A stretch of DNA of 63,977 bases, the filler included, from Folioceros fuciformis (Eukaryota): the NCBI GenBank assembly GCA_049999805.1. It is 14 parts of 14 records of this genome, joined end to end, with 100 filler letters (N's around TTAATTAATTAA, not from the genome) between each part and the next. Parts side by side here need not be neighbours in the genome. Positions count along the whole stretch, not along the records: positions 1 to 1,842 come from JBNGIO010001820.1; positions 1,943 to 8,327 come from JBNGIO010001821.1; positions 8,428 to 11,329 come from JBNGIO010001822.1; 11 more parts are not named here. One strand, given 5' to 3'. Under the pieces are notes generated by a model, which was given only the letters and a program-made list of their open reading frames with translations, was not told where the DNA came from and did no database searches. A program made the position numbers and the translations under genes. Within the stretch, counting starts at the first letter, position 1. Every line of letters starts with the position of its first letter. Below are positions 1 through 11,300 of this stretch, one piece after another.

Positions 1-448
1 CGGCGAGGCCGGACACATTCAAAGACGAGGCAGCCTCCAGAGTAACATTTCGAGCCGCAATTACAAGGGTTCCCGCCACAATCGATGCATTCTGATGCAG
101 ATAGACGTTGCCTGTAAGCGATATAAGTATGGTACATCCATCATAGGGACAGCTCAACCGTGTTCCTGCCAGTATTTCTAGGCTTCCCTTTCCAGAGATG
201 ATAGAATCCTCTGCAAGCCAAACACTTTGGCTCAGTGTGCAGACGCTATCCAAAGAACCTTGCCCTCGCAGCTCCACCTCGCATGAGAGTGCGATACCTG
301 ATGAGCACGAAGGAGTATAAAAGGAATCACAGTCGGGCACTACAGTGGGTGGCCAGGGTAGCAATCCTGCTGCGGACGACCCAGGAAAAAGAAGGGGAAG
401 GAAAACACAAAGTGCTACTAGAGACAACGGCATTGTTGACGGGGCCAT
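1..448 (-). CDS. At5g11700/At4g32920-like large secreted glycine-rich protein, 5' part (runs off the window edge)
   Basis: Manual translation from ATG 448: MAPSTMPLSLVALCVFLPLLFPGSSAAG (signal peptide) ... SCEVELRGQGSLDSVCTLSQSVWLAEDSIISGKGSLEILAGTRLSCPYDGCTILISLTGNVYLHQNASIVAGTLVIAARNVTLEAASSLNVSGLA. This resembles the recalled N-terminus of this plant family. Not in the ORF track. Confidence 0.75.
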   Translation of the reverse strand, partial: MAPSTMPLSLVALCVFLPLLFPGSSAAGLLPWPPTVVPDCDSFYTPSCSSGIALSCEVELRGQGSLDSVCTLSQSVWLAEDSIISGKGSLEILAGTRLSCPYDGCTILISLTGNVYLHQNASIVAGTLVIAARNVTLEAASSLNVSGLA

Positions 449-1791
449 ACTACCCACGTCCCCTGTACATTGCACAAAACTACACAACTGACATGCTCCC
501 AGGAGATAAAAAAAAACTGCTCCCAACTCCCGCTCCAAAATATAAACGGCTACAGGCACCTCCTCAAACTCGGCAGCCTCGAATAAAAGTAGATCACTCA
601 GCTAGTCTTAACCGCAGGCTCTCCTCCCTCCACAGCCGCTGAAGAGCAGTTCATTCTCTAAAGTGCGGCCTAGTGATTACAACACCATTCCCCGTGGTGG
701 TGTTGAGCACGTTTTCATGAGTGTGCGGCGAAGGGCAACCCTCAGAACAAGCTCCAAACCGAAGTTCTTCTCTTCTCTCATCTGACACAGTCCTAAGTCA
801 GGACGCTAGGCTGAAATTCGAAAGAAACGCAGCCCTGCAGTTCCAGTACCCAATTAGTCATGAAAGGCGTCTGGTAGGTCCAAACCATCAACGACAGGCA
901 CGAAAGACTGCAGGGAGACGAAAAAGTGCTAGCAGCAGCTGGGTTTGCTTTGGCAGACATCCGATAAGAATAAGTCATCAAAGAGTCACGAGTATGAGTA
1001 CCTTCATGAACAAGTGGCAGGAGCGTACATGCAGTCAGTCACTGATGCTGTTCCTCCAGCAAACCCTAAAGACTACGAGGGAAGGTGCAACTTGGATTTC
1101 AGTGCTTCCAGTCTTAGTACACCCTCCTGCTCCAAGAGAGACGCATTCCTGAGCACACCGAGCCCGACAATAGACCGATCCAACATCGAAAGCCCGAGAA
1201 ATTCACAGCCCCTGAACCTGACCAGGCGCAAATAGAATCTGTCTCCAGCCATAGAGCAGACAGCGGTCCAAGCCCTACCCCGATGCCAGAATCATGGAAT
1301 TAAGAATAAAATTGGCAGCGGCCCTGTGGTGTCCTGCACTCCCTCTGCAACATATGTACATACGTGACCCAGCCCGGAGCAACTTCCCACGGGTGGCCCG
1401 TACAGCCTGACAAGAAACGGACTCAAGTACAGTACAGTCTAGCAAAACTGAGCTGCAGGCGGAAGCCCCTGGCAGCTCACAGGGGGGGGGGAATCAACGG
1501 CTCAGGGGCGCATGCATCCAGCGCGGCCGTGCTCCCGTGAAGCCCTGGGGCGGTCCAAACGGCGGCCTGAACCCGACGCAGAGCCTGCACAGCAATCCGG
1601 GCTGGGGTCGCGCAACCTGGAGCGCACGCAGCATGCAGGCGATCCCAGAGCGGGCTGCTAGGCTGGGCTGGGCAGCGCAGCGCGGGAGCGATGCCGGGAG
1701 CTCGCAGCTGGCAATTGCGAATTGCGAAAGAGACAGGGCCGAGTGGGAGGCGGGGCGGCGAGGCGAGGTGAGGCGATGCGAGGCAAGGCGA

Positions 1792-1825
1792 GGCGTGGCG
1801 TGGCGTGGCGTGGCGTGGCGTGGCG
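1792..1825. repeat. (GGCGT)n pentanucleotide microsatellite
   Basis: About 6 copies of GGCGT, preceded by degenerate GGCGA units. Confidence 0.8.
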
Positions 1826-1842
1826 AACAGGAGGCGAACAGG

Positions 1843-1942
1843 NNNNNNNNNNNNNNNNNNNNNNNNNNNNNNNNNNNNNNNNNNNNTTAATTAATTAANN
1901 NNNNNNNNNNNNNNNNNNNNNNNNNNNNNNNNNNNNNNNNNN
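1843..1942. other. Artificial contig-joining spacer (first of 13)
   Basis: N44-TTAATTAATTAA-N44, with stops in all six frames. The others start at 8328, 11330, 21114, 23628, 29065, 37914, 47385, 50232, 52126, 54659, 60189 and 61987. Confidence 0.99.
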
Positions 1943-2909
1943 GCAGGGTGTGTGGTCGAGCGCAAGGGAGAACAACTGGCTTGTGCGACGCTCCCGCGCT
2001 TCGCTGTGCTGCCACTGCCTTCGCGTTTGGTGCGCTGTCGGCCGTTGTGTTGGCGCGGGTGGAGTCTGGCGGGCGGGGCGGGGGCGGGGTCGGGCGGGCT
2101 GACCGTTGCAGGCGGGGCCTGGTCCCATTGAGCCCGGCCGGGGATGTGAGTGGAGCGTGATTGTAAAACCAATGGAGGCCACCCACATTCAGGCAGTTCC
2201 ATAATGAATTCGGTGTTGGGCATTAGGGTTGGCGCCAAGCCCATCACCCAAGGCGTCAGCTTCCACTAAGCCCAGCAGAGGCAGGAAGGGAGGACCGTGC
2301 GACCCCACCAGCGCATTATGGGTATGTCTACACATACATAGCTACCGCACTCCAATCGCTTCCCCGGTCGTGGAGACGACACTATCCACGTCAGCTGTCT
2401 ACGGACTTCCGGCCACCCTGCTATCACGTGTTATTCTTTGGTCCTCCCATCTGTCTACATGTAAAAGAGAGAACCTTCCCTTCACTTCCCTCCTCCCCTC
2501 TCTCTACTTCATTTCACATAAAGACTTCACACTTCACACTTTTTCAGGCTGTCTTTGAGCAAGAAGGTTGGGTTCTTCCTCCCCCCAACCCCTCCGTTCC
2601 TACATATGGTCACTATTTCTAATATATAGGTTAGCTAAGAGGTTGGAAAGGAGCTACATGAGTATCAAGATGCACACTCCTCAAATATGGACACGTACCT
2701 GGAATGCATGCTCTCAATGATTGCCGAACAAATCACAAATCTTTAGGGACCACATCATGCTAAGAATGTCGCTATTCTACATACCGGTCGTGCCCAATAT
2801 TCTACATACGGTTCGTGCTTCCCAACACCAATGGGAGAAGCAGCCTAAAGGGATCCATGGCCGCCTCGTGTCTCTCGTGGACAGCTGCCGGGTGGCCCTC
2901 TCAGCTGCT

Positions 2910-5077
2910 TCATGCGCGTCCGCGCCAGTGTTGAATCACACCATTGGAATGAGGAACAATGAAGAAGGACACGGCTGCTGCCATCACCAAAATGCTTGTT
3001 ACCCAAATTAGCCAAGCTCTACTCCACCGCTCCCGCACCATAGCAGCAAGAAGTGCAGCAAATGTGGCCGCTGTCTGTCCTTCCCGCCCACCTGCACCCG
3101 TCGTCAGATACTGGAGACAAGTTCGCAGGCACACCAGCAGGAAGGACTTGCAACTACTACTAGCACGGACTCACGTTCTTCCACCAGGAAATCACCGGCC
3201 CAAGACGAGAGATCTATGTCCACACGGTTTGACCTTGTAATCAGGTCCAGCAATGCTTCATTGACCTGCCACAAGAAAGACAGTAGGCAGTTGACACACC
3301 TTCCAACTGCCATGGTCATCCTACCTGCCGGTCGCCCTACCTCATCTCATCTCCTCTGCTCAACATTTAATAAGAGAAAATGGCACCACGCACCTCATCC
3401 CTGTGTTGATGTGGCACCATGTGCCCGCCAGGCAGCTCCAACATGCGCGCCACCGGGTACAGATGTCTCGCCAACCGTCGGCCATGTCTCACCTGGGCAA
3501 TCACATCACCCCTGTTCAACCATAAACCAGACATTAATTACCTGTTTGTTCATCAAGCAGCTCAATGCGGCCGCGGTACACTTACAACTGTGAAGCCAAC
3601 ACACATCGGCCTTCCTACCTTCCGTGCACCACCAGCACCAAGATGCCGGCATTTCGGATGGTGTGCATGTCTTCCTTGCTCAAGGAGTGCGTCCAACACG
3701 CATGGGCCTGCCCGTCGAACGCATGCTTCGGTTGCATGCCACTCGCCCTAATGTTTTGGACATACCCCTGCAAATGCAGAGGGCAGCTGTCACATCTGCT
3801 TTCCCATCGACGGATCTAAATCTAATGTCTCCGGAGATACGGTACTTCAAGCCATGCATGAATGGAAAGATTCTCCGCCCGAAAGCAGCTAAGCTTCAGG
3901 CGCGATGACGCAGACACACCTGCAGCAGCAAGGCTCTCCTCTTCACGTTCCCCACCTCATCATCGAGATAGTCCTGAACAAATCAGCTTTCATCGAGATG
4001 AGAAAAGCAAGGCGCTTGTACAACGGGGGGTAGGATGCTTCTTTCAGGTGAAGAACGGGCACCAAACCTGCGTGTAATGAGTCTCCAGGTCTACCAGTGC
4101 CCTCTTCTCGGGAGTCTGAGCCCTCAAGAACCGAAACATGAGAGCAATCATTGCCCTGTCAACCTGCACAACCATGGCACTAGTCATGGCAGGTTTGCAC
4201 ATTCGACATGCGATTCTTGCTCGCCGTGCAATGAGATCAAACTACTTACCTTGGGTAGACATTCGTAGCCACCCCTCGTGACCGACAGCAAACAGGCGGA
4301 CGCAACCCGCTTCGGTGCTATGGCAATGAGTTTACTGGCGATCATGCCCCCTGTTGAAGCGGGGAGCCACATAAGGTCACTGGACCTAATCCCTTGCTTC
4401 GTATCAGGGAAGCAGGCAATGGGATGAACCTTGCCAAATACAGCTCACTTGACAAAGAGGACCAGGATGTGGAATGAGCACAGGGTGTAAGAAAGCCATA
4501 CCCATAGAATGACCACAAACGTGCACCTTGAGCCATCCCAAGTGATCCAGCACAGCCAGGGCATCCATCGCCATGACCTTCATTCTGCATGCACCTGTAA
4601 ATTTCCATCAGACACTAACTTAGGGGACCAACCTCGATAGGGTGCCAGGGCACTGACGAGTAGGATTCCTTCTTCGTCGGCTTGGAGCTGTTCCCCACTC
4701 CGCGGTTGTCCAAAGCACAAATCTGAAACTTGGTTCCCTCCGATGACTCCCCCTTCGTGTCCGAAAAGGCGCCATCGTCCTCCTCTTCGTTGGGGACGGT
4801 GGTGCCGCATAGGGCTCTCACTTGAGGCAACCATAACTGATGCGTCGACGCAATTCCTGCACCAGAAACAAAAATCACCATCACACATGAAAACCAATCC
4901 AATACCACAATCACCAAATCCATTCCTCGTAGGCCTCTAATCATCCTGGTCCCGAGAAACCCAACCTGGGATGAGCAAAAGCTTGGTCCTTCCGTGCCCG
5001 TAGAGCTGGTAGAAGATAGTGATTTCCTCATGACTCCCTCCGACAGTACGGCCATGATTCACGACACAGGCGGGCAT
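2910..5077 (-). CDS. Alpha/beta-fold hydrolase (At5g53050-like), multi-exon
   Basis: Exon 1 from ATG 5077: MPACVVNHGRTVGGSHEEITIFYQLYGHGRTKLLLIPG. Later exons give ICALDNRGVGNSSKP, MAMDALAVLDHLGWLKVHVCGHSMG (GxSxG nucleophile elbow), MIASKLIAIAPKRV and VNEALLDLI, and a last exon with a hydrophobic tail ending at 2910. GT-AG boundaries were found at the junctions I checked. Confidence 0.85.
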
Positions 5078-5413
5078 CGCACCGTGCCAGGAATCGTAAG
5101 GCGACACCAGAAATGGATTTCAAGTCGAACGACGACAAAGATATCCGATCAGAAGATGATGAGAGCTGCGCGCGATCCCAGAATCCACACACCTGCAAGA
5201 ACAACGCCACGTGGACGGGCCGAATTGCGCAGCAGAATTTGGGACCCGGTAGTACGCAAATTCCTGTCTAAGACCTCGTATGACTGCAGTTTAAGAAGCG
5301 CGTGCCCTAATGTGGATCAAGGAAAGTACCTAGGAGGTGATGCGCTCTGTGTCGTCGTATTGGAAGTGGCGGGCAGCGAGCTGGAACAAGAAGGCAAGGA
5401 AGCGCCGCCGGCG
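5078..5413. promoter_or_regulatory. Probable bidirectional promoter with G-box (CCACGTGG at 5207-5214)
   Basis: 336 bp between divergent ATGs (hydrolase 5077 on -, F-box 5414 on +), containing a palindromic G-box. Confidence 0.4.
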
Positions 5414-6679
5414 ATGGTGAATCCTTGCCCGAGCCCCTGCGATGGCTTACCGGACGAATTGCTGTGGAACATCCTGGCGCGGCTGGGGACAGTGCATCTG
5501 GTGCAGGCGCGGTCAGTGAGCAGAAAATGGAACCGGGTGGTGGTGACGCAGCCGCTGGACGATCAGGCGTGCTGGTGTCTGGTGGTGTGCCGGCTGGCGG
5601 ATCACCGGTTCTTGTCTAGTGCCGGGGACGGAATCTTGCCGCATGCGCTGCCGGTGACGCAGAGCTGGGCCATGGATCCTGCCTCCGGGCGGTGGCACAG
5701 GCTGAGGCTGCCGGCGGGGCCGACCTCGCACCGCCTGCATCTCTTCCGCTCCAGCGCGCCGGGGTCTGGCCTGCTGGCATTCCGGGATGTGCACCGGGGG
5801 AAGCCGGCGCCGGTGTTCTACTGGGTGGGGAACCCGCTTACCAACAAGTGGCGGCAGATCGGGTTGCCGCCACCCTGCCCGGCTGACCGCGCCAAGAGGG
5901 TGGTATCCGACGAGCTGCTGGTTGACAGCAGCAGCAACAGGTACACCATTGCGCGGTTCCGGAGCAAGGAGGGAGTTCGGGCGGAGGAGCAGTACTCCTG
6001 GGTGTCGGACTTGTACTGCTCGAGCACGGGAAGGTGGAGCCAGGGCCCGTCCGTGGCCGGGGACTGGTGCGACCTGGCGCTCTACTACACCGCCTCCACC
6101 TGCGTGTCACAAGCCCTGGGATGCGTCTTCTTCCTGCAGGTGAGCCATCACTCCCTGCTGGTGCAGGTGGTTGCGTACCACATCCAGCAGCAGCAGTTCC
6201 GCCTCCTCATCCCACCCGCGCCCGTCTCCTGCTCCGACGGCGCGCTCTCCGCGCAGTTCTTCCAGCTTTTCGTTAACCACCGGGACCAGCTGGAGTGCGT
6301 GGCCGGGATTGCCAATGGCATGGCTGGATTCCTGCTCCCGGGGTACGGCTATCCCCTGGACAGATTCGGGGTGCTCACTTACCATCCCGACTCGCACCAG
6401 TGGGAAGTGGACAAGGCCACCGAGGTGGACATCGTGCGCTGCTTTGGGCCCGACGATTCCGAGCAGGTGCATTGCACCTCATTCCATATCACCCCGGGCC
6501 TGGGCTGCCTGTACCTCTCGTCGCACGCGTATTTCACCAAAATTTTGCACTACAATGCTGCCACTAAGCTCTGGTCCCGTCTTTCGGACCCTTTCGATCG
6601 CCACCTGTTGCTGAACCAGCGCGGGCAATGGCAGGAATCAATGGCCTCTTTCCTCCCTCGGCTTGATGTAGAACCCTAG
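5414..6679 (+). CDS. F-box protein with kelch/FBA-like C-terminal region, intronless
   Basis: MVNPCPSPCDGLPDELLWNILARLGTVHLVQARSVSRKWN is an F-box motif; VGNPLTNKWRQI and LYCSSTGRWS are typical C-terminal motifs. The ORF-track start at 4994 is a GTG overlapping the hydrolase; ATG 5414 is preferred. Confidence 0.85.
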   Translation: MVNPCPSPCDGLPDELLWNILARLGTVHLVQARSVSRKWNRVVVTQPLDDQACWCLVVCRLADHRFLSSAGDGILPHALPVTQSWAMDPASGRWHRLRLPAGPTSHRLHLFRSSAPGSGLLAFRDVHRGKPAPVFYWVGNPLTNKWRQIGLPPPCPADRAKRVVSDELLVDSSSNRYTIARFRSKEGVRAEEQYSWVSDLYCSSTGRWSQGPSVAGDWCDLALYYTASTCVSQALGCVFFLQVSHHSLLVQVVAYHIQQQQFRLLIPPAPVSCSDGALSAQFFQLFVNHRDQLECVAGIANGMAGFLLPGYGYPLDRFGVLTYHPDSHQWEVDKATEVDIVRCFGPDDSEQVHCTSFHITPGLGCLYLSSHAYFTKILHYNAATKLWSRLSDPFDRHLLLNQRGQWQESMASFLPRLDVEP

Positions 6680-6798
6680 CTAGCTATAGCTTTCTAAACC
6701 CAAACTCTCACTCTAAAAGAAATTTTGCTCTTGCCTCGGGTCCAGGGTATATATCGCTACATTCGTAGGCTTTGCACGGCACTGCGATCTGCGGAGCC

Positions 6799-7367
6799 AT
6801 GGTGAGTGAATTAGGTGGCGCAATTGTCGCCGCACTCAGTCTTTCGTTCATCCACGTGACGGTTTCTGTGGCTTGTTGTGGCAGTCGGTGCTCTTCAATT
6901 TCCAGTCTTTCCTCACGGTGGTGCTGCTGCTCATCTGCTCCTGCGCTTACATCAAAATTCATTTTCCGCGCATCCTGGATCGGAAGACCGGGTGCGTCCC
7001 CAAGTCTAGCTCATCGCTCTCACTGCTGCAGCTTGATCTTCCGCTCTTGGCCTTTGCACTGACACTTCTGACATGTATGCAGGTTTCGAGGTTTCTTCTG
7101 GCGAGCTGCTCGAATTGGTTAGTAGGGTTTGGTGTTTCATGACACCCTTCTGTTTTCCTTCTCTGGTCAGCTTTGCTCAATTTGTTTGGTGTTGTTTTTT
7201 CCCCCCTTTTCCTTTACCAATTCAAGCCGTCAGTCCAGCTGACTTTCGGTATGAGGGGTTGTGTCATCTGAATCTGCGTATATGCTTCTCTGCTTGCAGG
7301 TGAGCGCTTAAGCCCATGGGTCGCCGGATGTTGTTTGGTCATGGGCTTGACCATTGTATTCTTCTGA
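6799..7367 (+). CDS. Protein kish (TMEM167 family), 4 exons
   Basis: Exon 1 is ATG|gtgagt, then [36 protein letters not shown] | [12 protein letters not shown] | [21 protein letters not shown]. Canonical GT-AG introns. Confidence 0.92.
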
Positions 7368-7918
7368 CTTCTCATGGCCATGCCCACGGCCACACTTCCA
7401 AGTCGGTACAGATTTAGATCTAGTTCAGGCATGTTTGAGAATTGTAGCAGCCCAGGTACAGGATTGTAGCTTTTCGTCCACATCGGTGTTTCCAAAGCCA
7501 GAGGCAGGGCAAAGTAAGCAGAAGGCGCTATGGATCGTAGCAGATGAGTGTTCTTTCGTTTACCTCGGCGTTTGTTCAGTTAAGTCATATCTAACGACTG
7601 GTCAGCATCTCGAGTCTCGAGAGCTGGTAGCGTTTTTCCTTTCGGTGGAAATATCCGATACGTTTTTAGCATATCTCGCTGTTTGTTTTGTTTCGATTGC
7701 AAACAAGAAGCTTTTAATCAATGTAGCTCTTACAACCAATCCGCTGCTAATGACCTCTCTGTCTGCTACTTAAATGTACATTGGACTTGTAAAGAAGTCG
7801 GAACGAAAAATAGGGTCCAGTTGATAGTAAGAGCGTAATAACAATTGGCTGCCCGGGGTCCTCATGACACACGACACACACTTGCCCGTTACACACACCG
7901 CATGAACGCCCTCTACAA

Positions 7919-8232
7919 TCATGGCCCAGACAACTGGCGGCCGGAAATTTTGTGTGCGAATCGGACATCTTGCTCAGAACTAAGGAGTGCCAAGCAAAAC
8001 AGGATCTCGTAAGCAGCAACCATCCAGCGCGCAGCCTGGTGTGGTGTGATGGTGTCCAGCAACCCCTTCAGCGTACAGAGACGGAGCTGCTCAGCTTCGA
8101 TAAGGAGATCCACAGCCGTCTTCAACCTGGACTCCACAGCAGCTTCCAGCTCTCTTACGTCCGCGTCCACCAGCACCTTGTCGCTCCCACTCACTAAATT
8201 ACTAATAACATCATCACTGTTGAGCATCTGCG
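7919..8232 (-). CDS. DOG1-domain protein (DOG1-like/TGA-type), last exon; 5' part cut by contig end
   Basis: LLIEAEQLRLCTLKGLLDTITPHQAARWMVAAYE resembles the DOG1 C-terminal consensus AD.LRL.TL..+..ILTP.QAA.FL.A. Confidence 0.6.
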
Positions 8233-8427
8233 CGCACACACAAAAAGTTCAACACCATCGTGTTTGAAGCAAGTACGACCAGCCGAGGTAACTTGCAGAG
8301 AACTTCACAAGAAGACCATGTCAGTACNNNNNNNNNNNNNNNNNNNNNNNNNNNNNNNNNNNNNNNNNNNNTTAATTAATTAANNNNNNNNNNNNNNNNN
8401 NNNNNNNNNNNNNNNNNNNNNNNNNNN

Positions 8428-10580
8428 TTATCAGGATCTCATGTGTGGATGGCACATAACACTTATATGCCTTCGTGTTTGGTGCATACCCCAGAAAAAC
8501 ACTCTTCACTGCTGTAGGATCCAGCTTCCTACGCTTCTTATCAGGTACATGCACATATGCAATGCACCCAAACACTTTCAAGTGCCTAATATCCGGCTTA
8601 TAGCCATACAATCTCTCAATTGGTGTAGCATCCTGAATTCCTGCCGTAGGAGTTTGATTCAGTACATACACTGCTGGCATCACTGCTTCTGCCCAATAAT
8701 CATTAGGTAAGCACTTCTCATTCAACATTGCCCTTGCTGTTTCCATGACTACCCAGCTCTTCCTCTCTGCAACACCATTCTGCTGTGGTGTGTATTTGCA
8801 AGTCAGCTGTCTTCGTATACCATGATCTACAAGATACCTGTCAAACTCATTTGAGACATATTTTCACCCTCCATCTGATCTTAGACAAGAGATAGAGCAG
8901 CTGAATTCATTTTCAGCATGCTTTTTGAAGTCCTTGGAAGACTCGAACACTTCATCCTTATGCTTCAGTATGTACAGCCACGTGTACCTGCTGAAATCAT
9001 CAATGAAGGAGATATAGTAGTGGGCTCCTCCAAACGATGCATTATGTGAAGGACCCCATACATCATAGTGTATCAATTGCAAAGGTCTCGAGCTGTTCTA
9101 TACATGTCGCACAAATGGAAACCTTGACTGTTTTTCAAATTGACATGCAAAACACACATGACCAAGATCAGCATACTTGAACTTGGGCAATCCTTCCACC
9201 ACGCTTTTCTGTTGCATAGATTTCAGCTTCTCTATGTTCACATGCCCAATCCTCTTATGCCATATTTCAACATCACGTATGGCACCTGCATCATTTGTAA
9301 ACATTGCTGCATTTAGCTCTGGAATGGATGCATCCAGAGTGAACATCCATTCATTCCTACTACCTTTAGCAATCAGTTTGCACCCTCTGTCATATTCTTC
9401 AATAAAGCATCCATCTTTATTGAATCGAACCTGCAGATTTTGTTCAGCCATCTGTCCAATAGACATGAGGTTCTTGTGAGCAATCTTTTGCTCCTGTGAT
9501 GGAGTACGATCCATCTCCGGTTCACTCTCATTACCTATGCAGAGGTCTAATAGCCTCTACCTACCAAGAAGTTCTTCATCCTGAACTTCCACAAAGCAAA
9601 ATTCTTGTTATCTAACTTCTCTCCCACAACCTGAAGATATTGTCTGATCCCTACACGTTAGCCATGATTCAGGCTCCTTTACGCACCAACACTTGTCGTG
9701 CACCTCAGTTCAATTGCCTTCTCTTGTTTGTTGTGCCACTAAGTCCCTTGTGGACATTTTGTCAAAACACTTTCATGCGTCTTCTAACAAATGTTTTTGA
9801 AAATCTTGAATGCAACTCCCTGCATTACTGTAGAGCTCCAGCACTCAACAGGCCTCAATCAAATCTCAACAATTCCTGAATGTGCAGCTGACTCTTCTCT
9901 AAGCAAAAACAGCCTTTGCTCAAGCTTTCAAAAAACAAAAAAAATAGAACACTGTTTGCCAACTTCAGGCCTTCCTCCTCGCAAATCCTGGGCCTGCTGT
10001 GGCTTCCACGGCCTGGTTGCCTCCAGTAGTTGCTGTTCCTCCTGAGTCTCTATCCCTCTTGCGCCTCTGGCGCGCTCTTGCGGCTCTCGCACGCTCTTGC
10101 GCCTCTCGCGCGCTCTTGTGCCTCTCACGCGCTCTTGCGCCTCTCGCGCGCTCTTGCGCTTCTCGAGTGCTCTTGCGCCTCTCGAGCGCTCTTGCGCCTA
10201 TGGCGCCTGTTACGGCTTCCTACACCGCCTATGCCACTGCGCCTCCTACGCCTCTCAATGGCTTGCATTGCCAGCCACCTTCACACTCACGGCCATAGCC
10301 TCAAACCCCCGCCATAGCCACCATGGCCGCCGGCGCTCTCTCTAGCTTTGATACCATGTTGAAATAGCACCACTAGCTTAGATGGACTCCACAGTACATT
10401 CCTTGTGGTGCACAGAATGCTACATATATAGCCTTCAGGCGGGGCAACCTCGATAAGGTAAGCCTTAGTCTTGAGGGTGCAATATCCTGGTATATCCTGA
10501 TAACACTTAGGTGGTAGATAACTACGAGTTCAATATGGGATAATCTACACTATCCTAAGTGTTGTATGCTTTTAATAACA
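8428..10580 (-). mobile_element. Degenerate Ty1/Copia LTR retrotransposon: 5' LTR, PBS, gag remnant, GAG-pre-integrase and integrase
   Basis: LTR at about 10580..10357 (TGTT...AACA) followed by PBS TGGTATCAAAGC (10356..10345). Motifs WHKRIGHVN...CFACQFEKQ, LIHYDVWGPS...FIDDFSRYTW...LRSDGG, QQNGVAER, YWAEAV, LKVFGCIAYVHVP. Stops and frameshifts present. Confidence 0.93.
10056..10199. repeat. 19-bp tandem repeat (CTCTTGCGCCTCTCGCGCG) x ~7.5 in the Copia leader/gag region
   Basis: CTCTTGCG recurs every 19 nt. Confidence 0.9.
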
Positions 10581-11300
10581 ATTTAGTTAGAGCTTGATTT
10601 CTAACAGATCAAGGCACAAGCTCCATTCACGCTGCATCAAACCTCGACACCAGAACAGCAAGAGCCGACGCCGCAGGTGCAAGAGCAACCGCCAGGGTAA
10701 ACCCCACCGATCAGCACCAGCCACTCTAGCCCTAGCTAGAGCGCCCCTCTTCAAATTTGAACTGGTCAGAGCAAGGCTGGAGCTCGCGACAGAGCGCGAG
10801 GCGGCCTTAGAGATGGAAGATACATTGCCACCTTGGAATCGCAAGTGGAGACAGCAGATTTCAAGCACTCGATCAGCAGCAACAACTCTTGAACAGTAGA
10901 GCAATTCTGGGCTACCACGTCTTTAAGAGCCGTAAATCTCTTATTGATCATAGGCATGAGTTTGTAACAGCATGTGCTCGATTTTGTGCACCTATGTTTG
11001 CAGATCCAATTTAGGAAAGTTTCCTAAGGCACCCATGAACATCTAACACTTCGAAACTGTGTAAGTTCTGACCAGAACCTTAGCACACAAGTTCTCATTC
11101 AACAAATTGCTGAGTGAGACTCATGTGCACCGGCATATGACCAATACTACAAATCAAAATGTTGTTTTTGGGCTCTAATACCATGATACGCTACGGAAAT
11201 ATTCTGTGTACAAAGAGAATTGTGAAAAAGCACTTGAATAATGAATGAGGTCAAAATATATACAAATAAAAGTATTAACTGTAGTTATGGTAATCAACCA
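10581..11300 (-). mobile_element. 5' remnant of a second, probably older LTR retrotransposon
   Basis: Second tRNA-iMet-type PBS (TGGTATTAGAGC, 11183..11172) preceded by ...TATCA, followed by decayed ORF pieces. Confidence 0.55.

Noticed and set aside
4994-5413. 140-aa N-terminal extension of the F-box ORF
   Set aside because: It starts at GTG, overlaps hydrolase exon 1 on the opposite strand and has no protein-like features.
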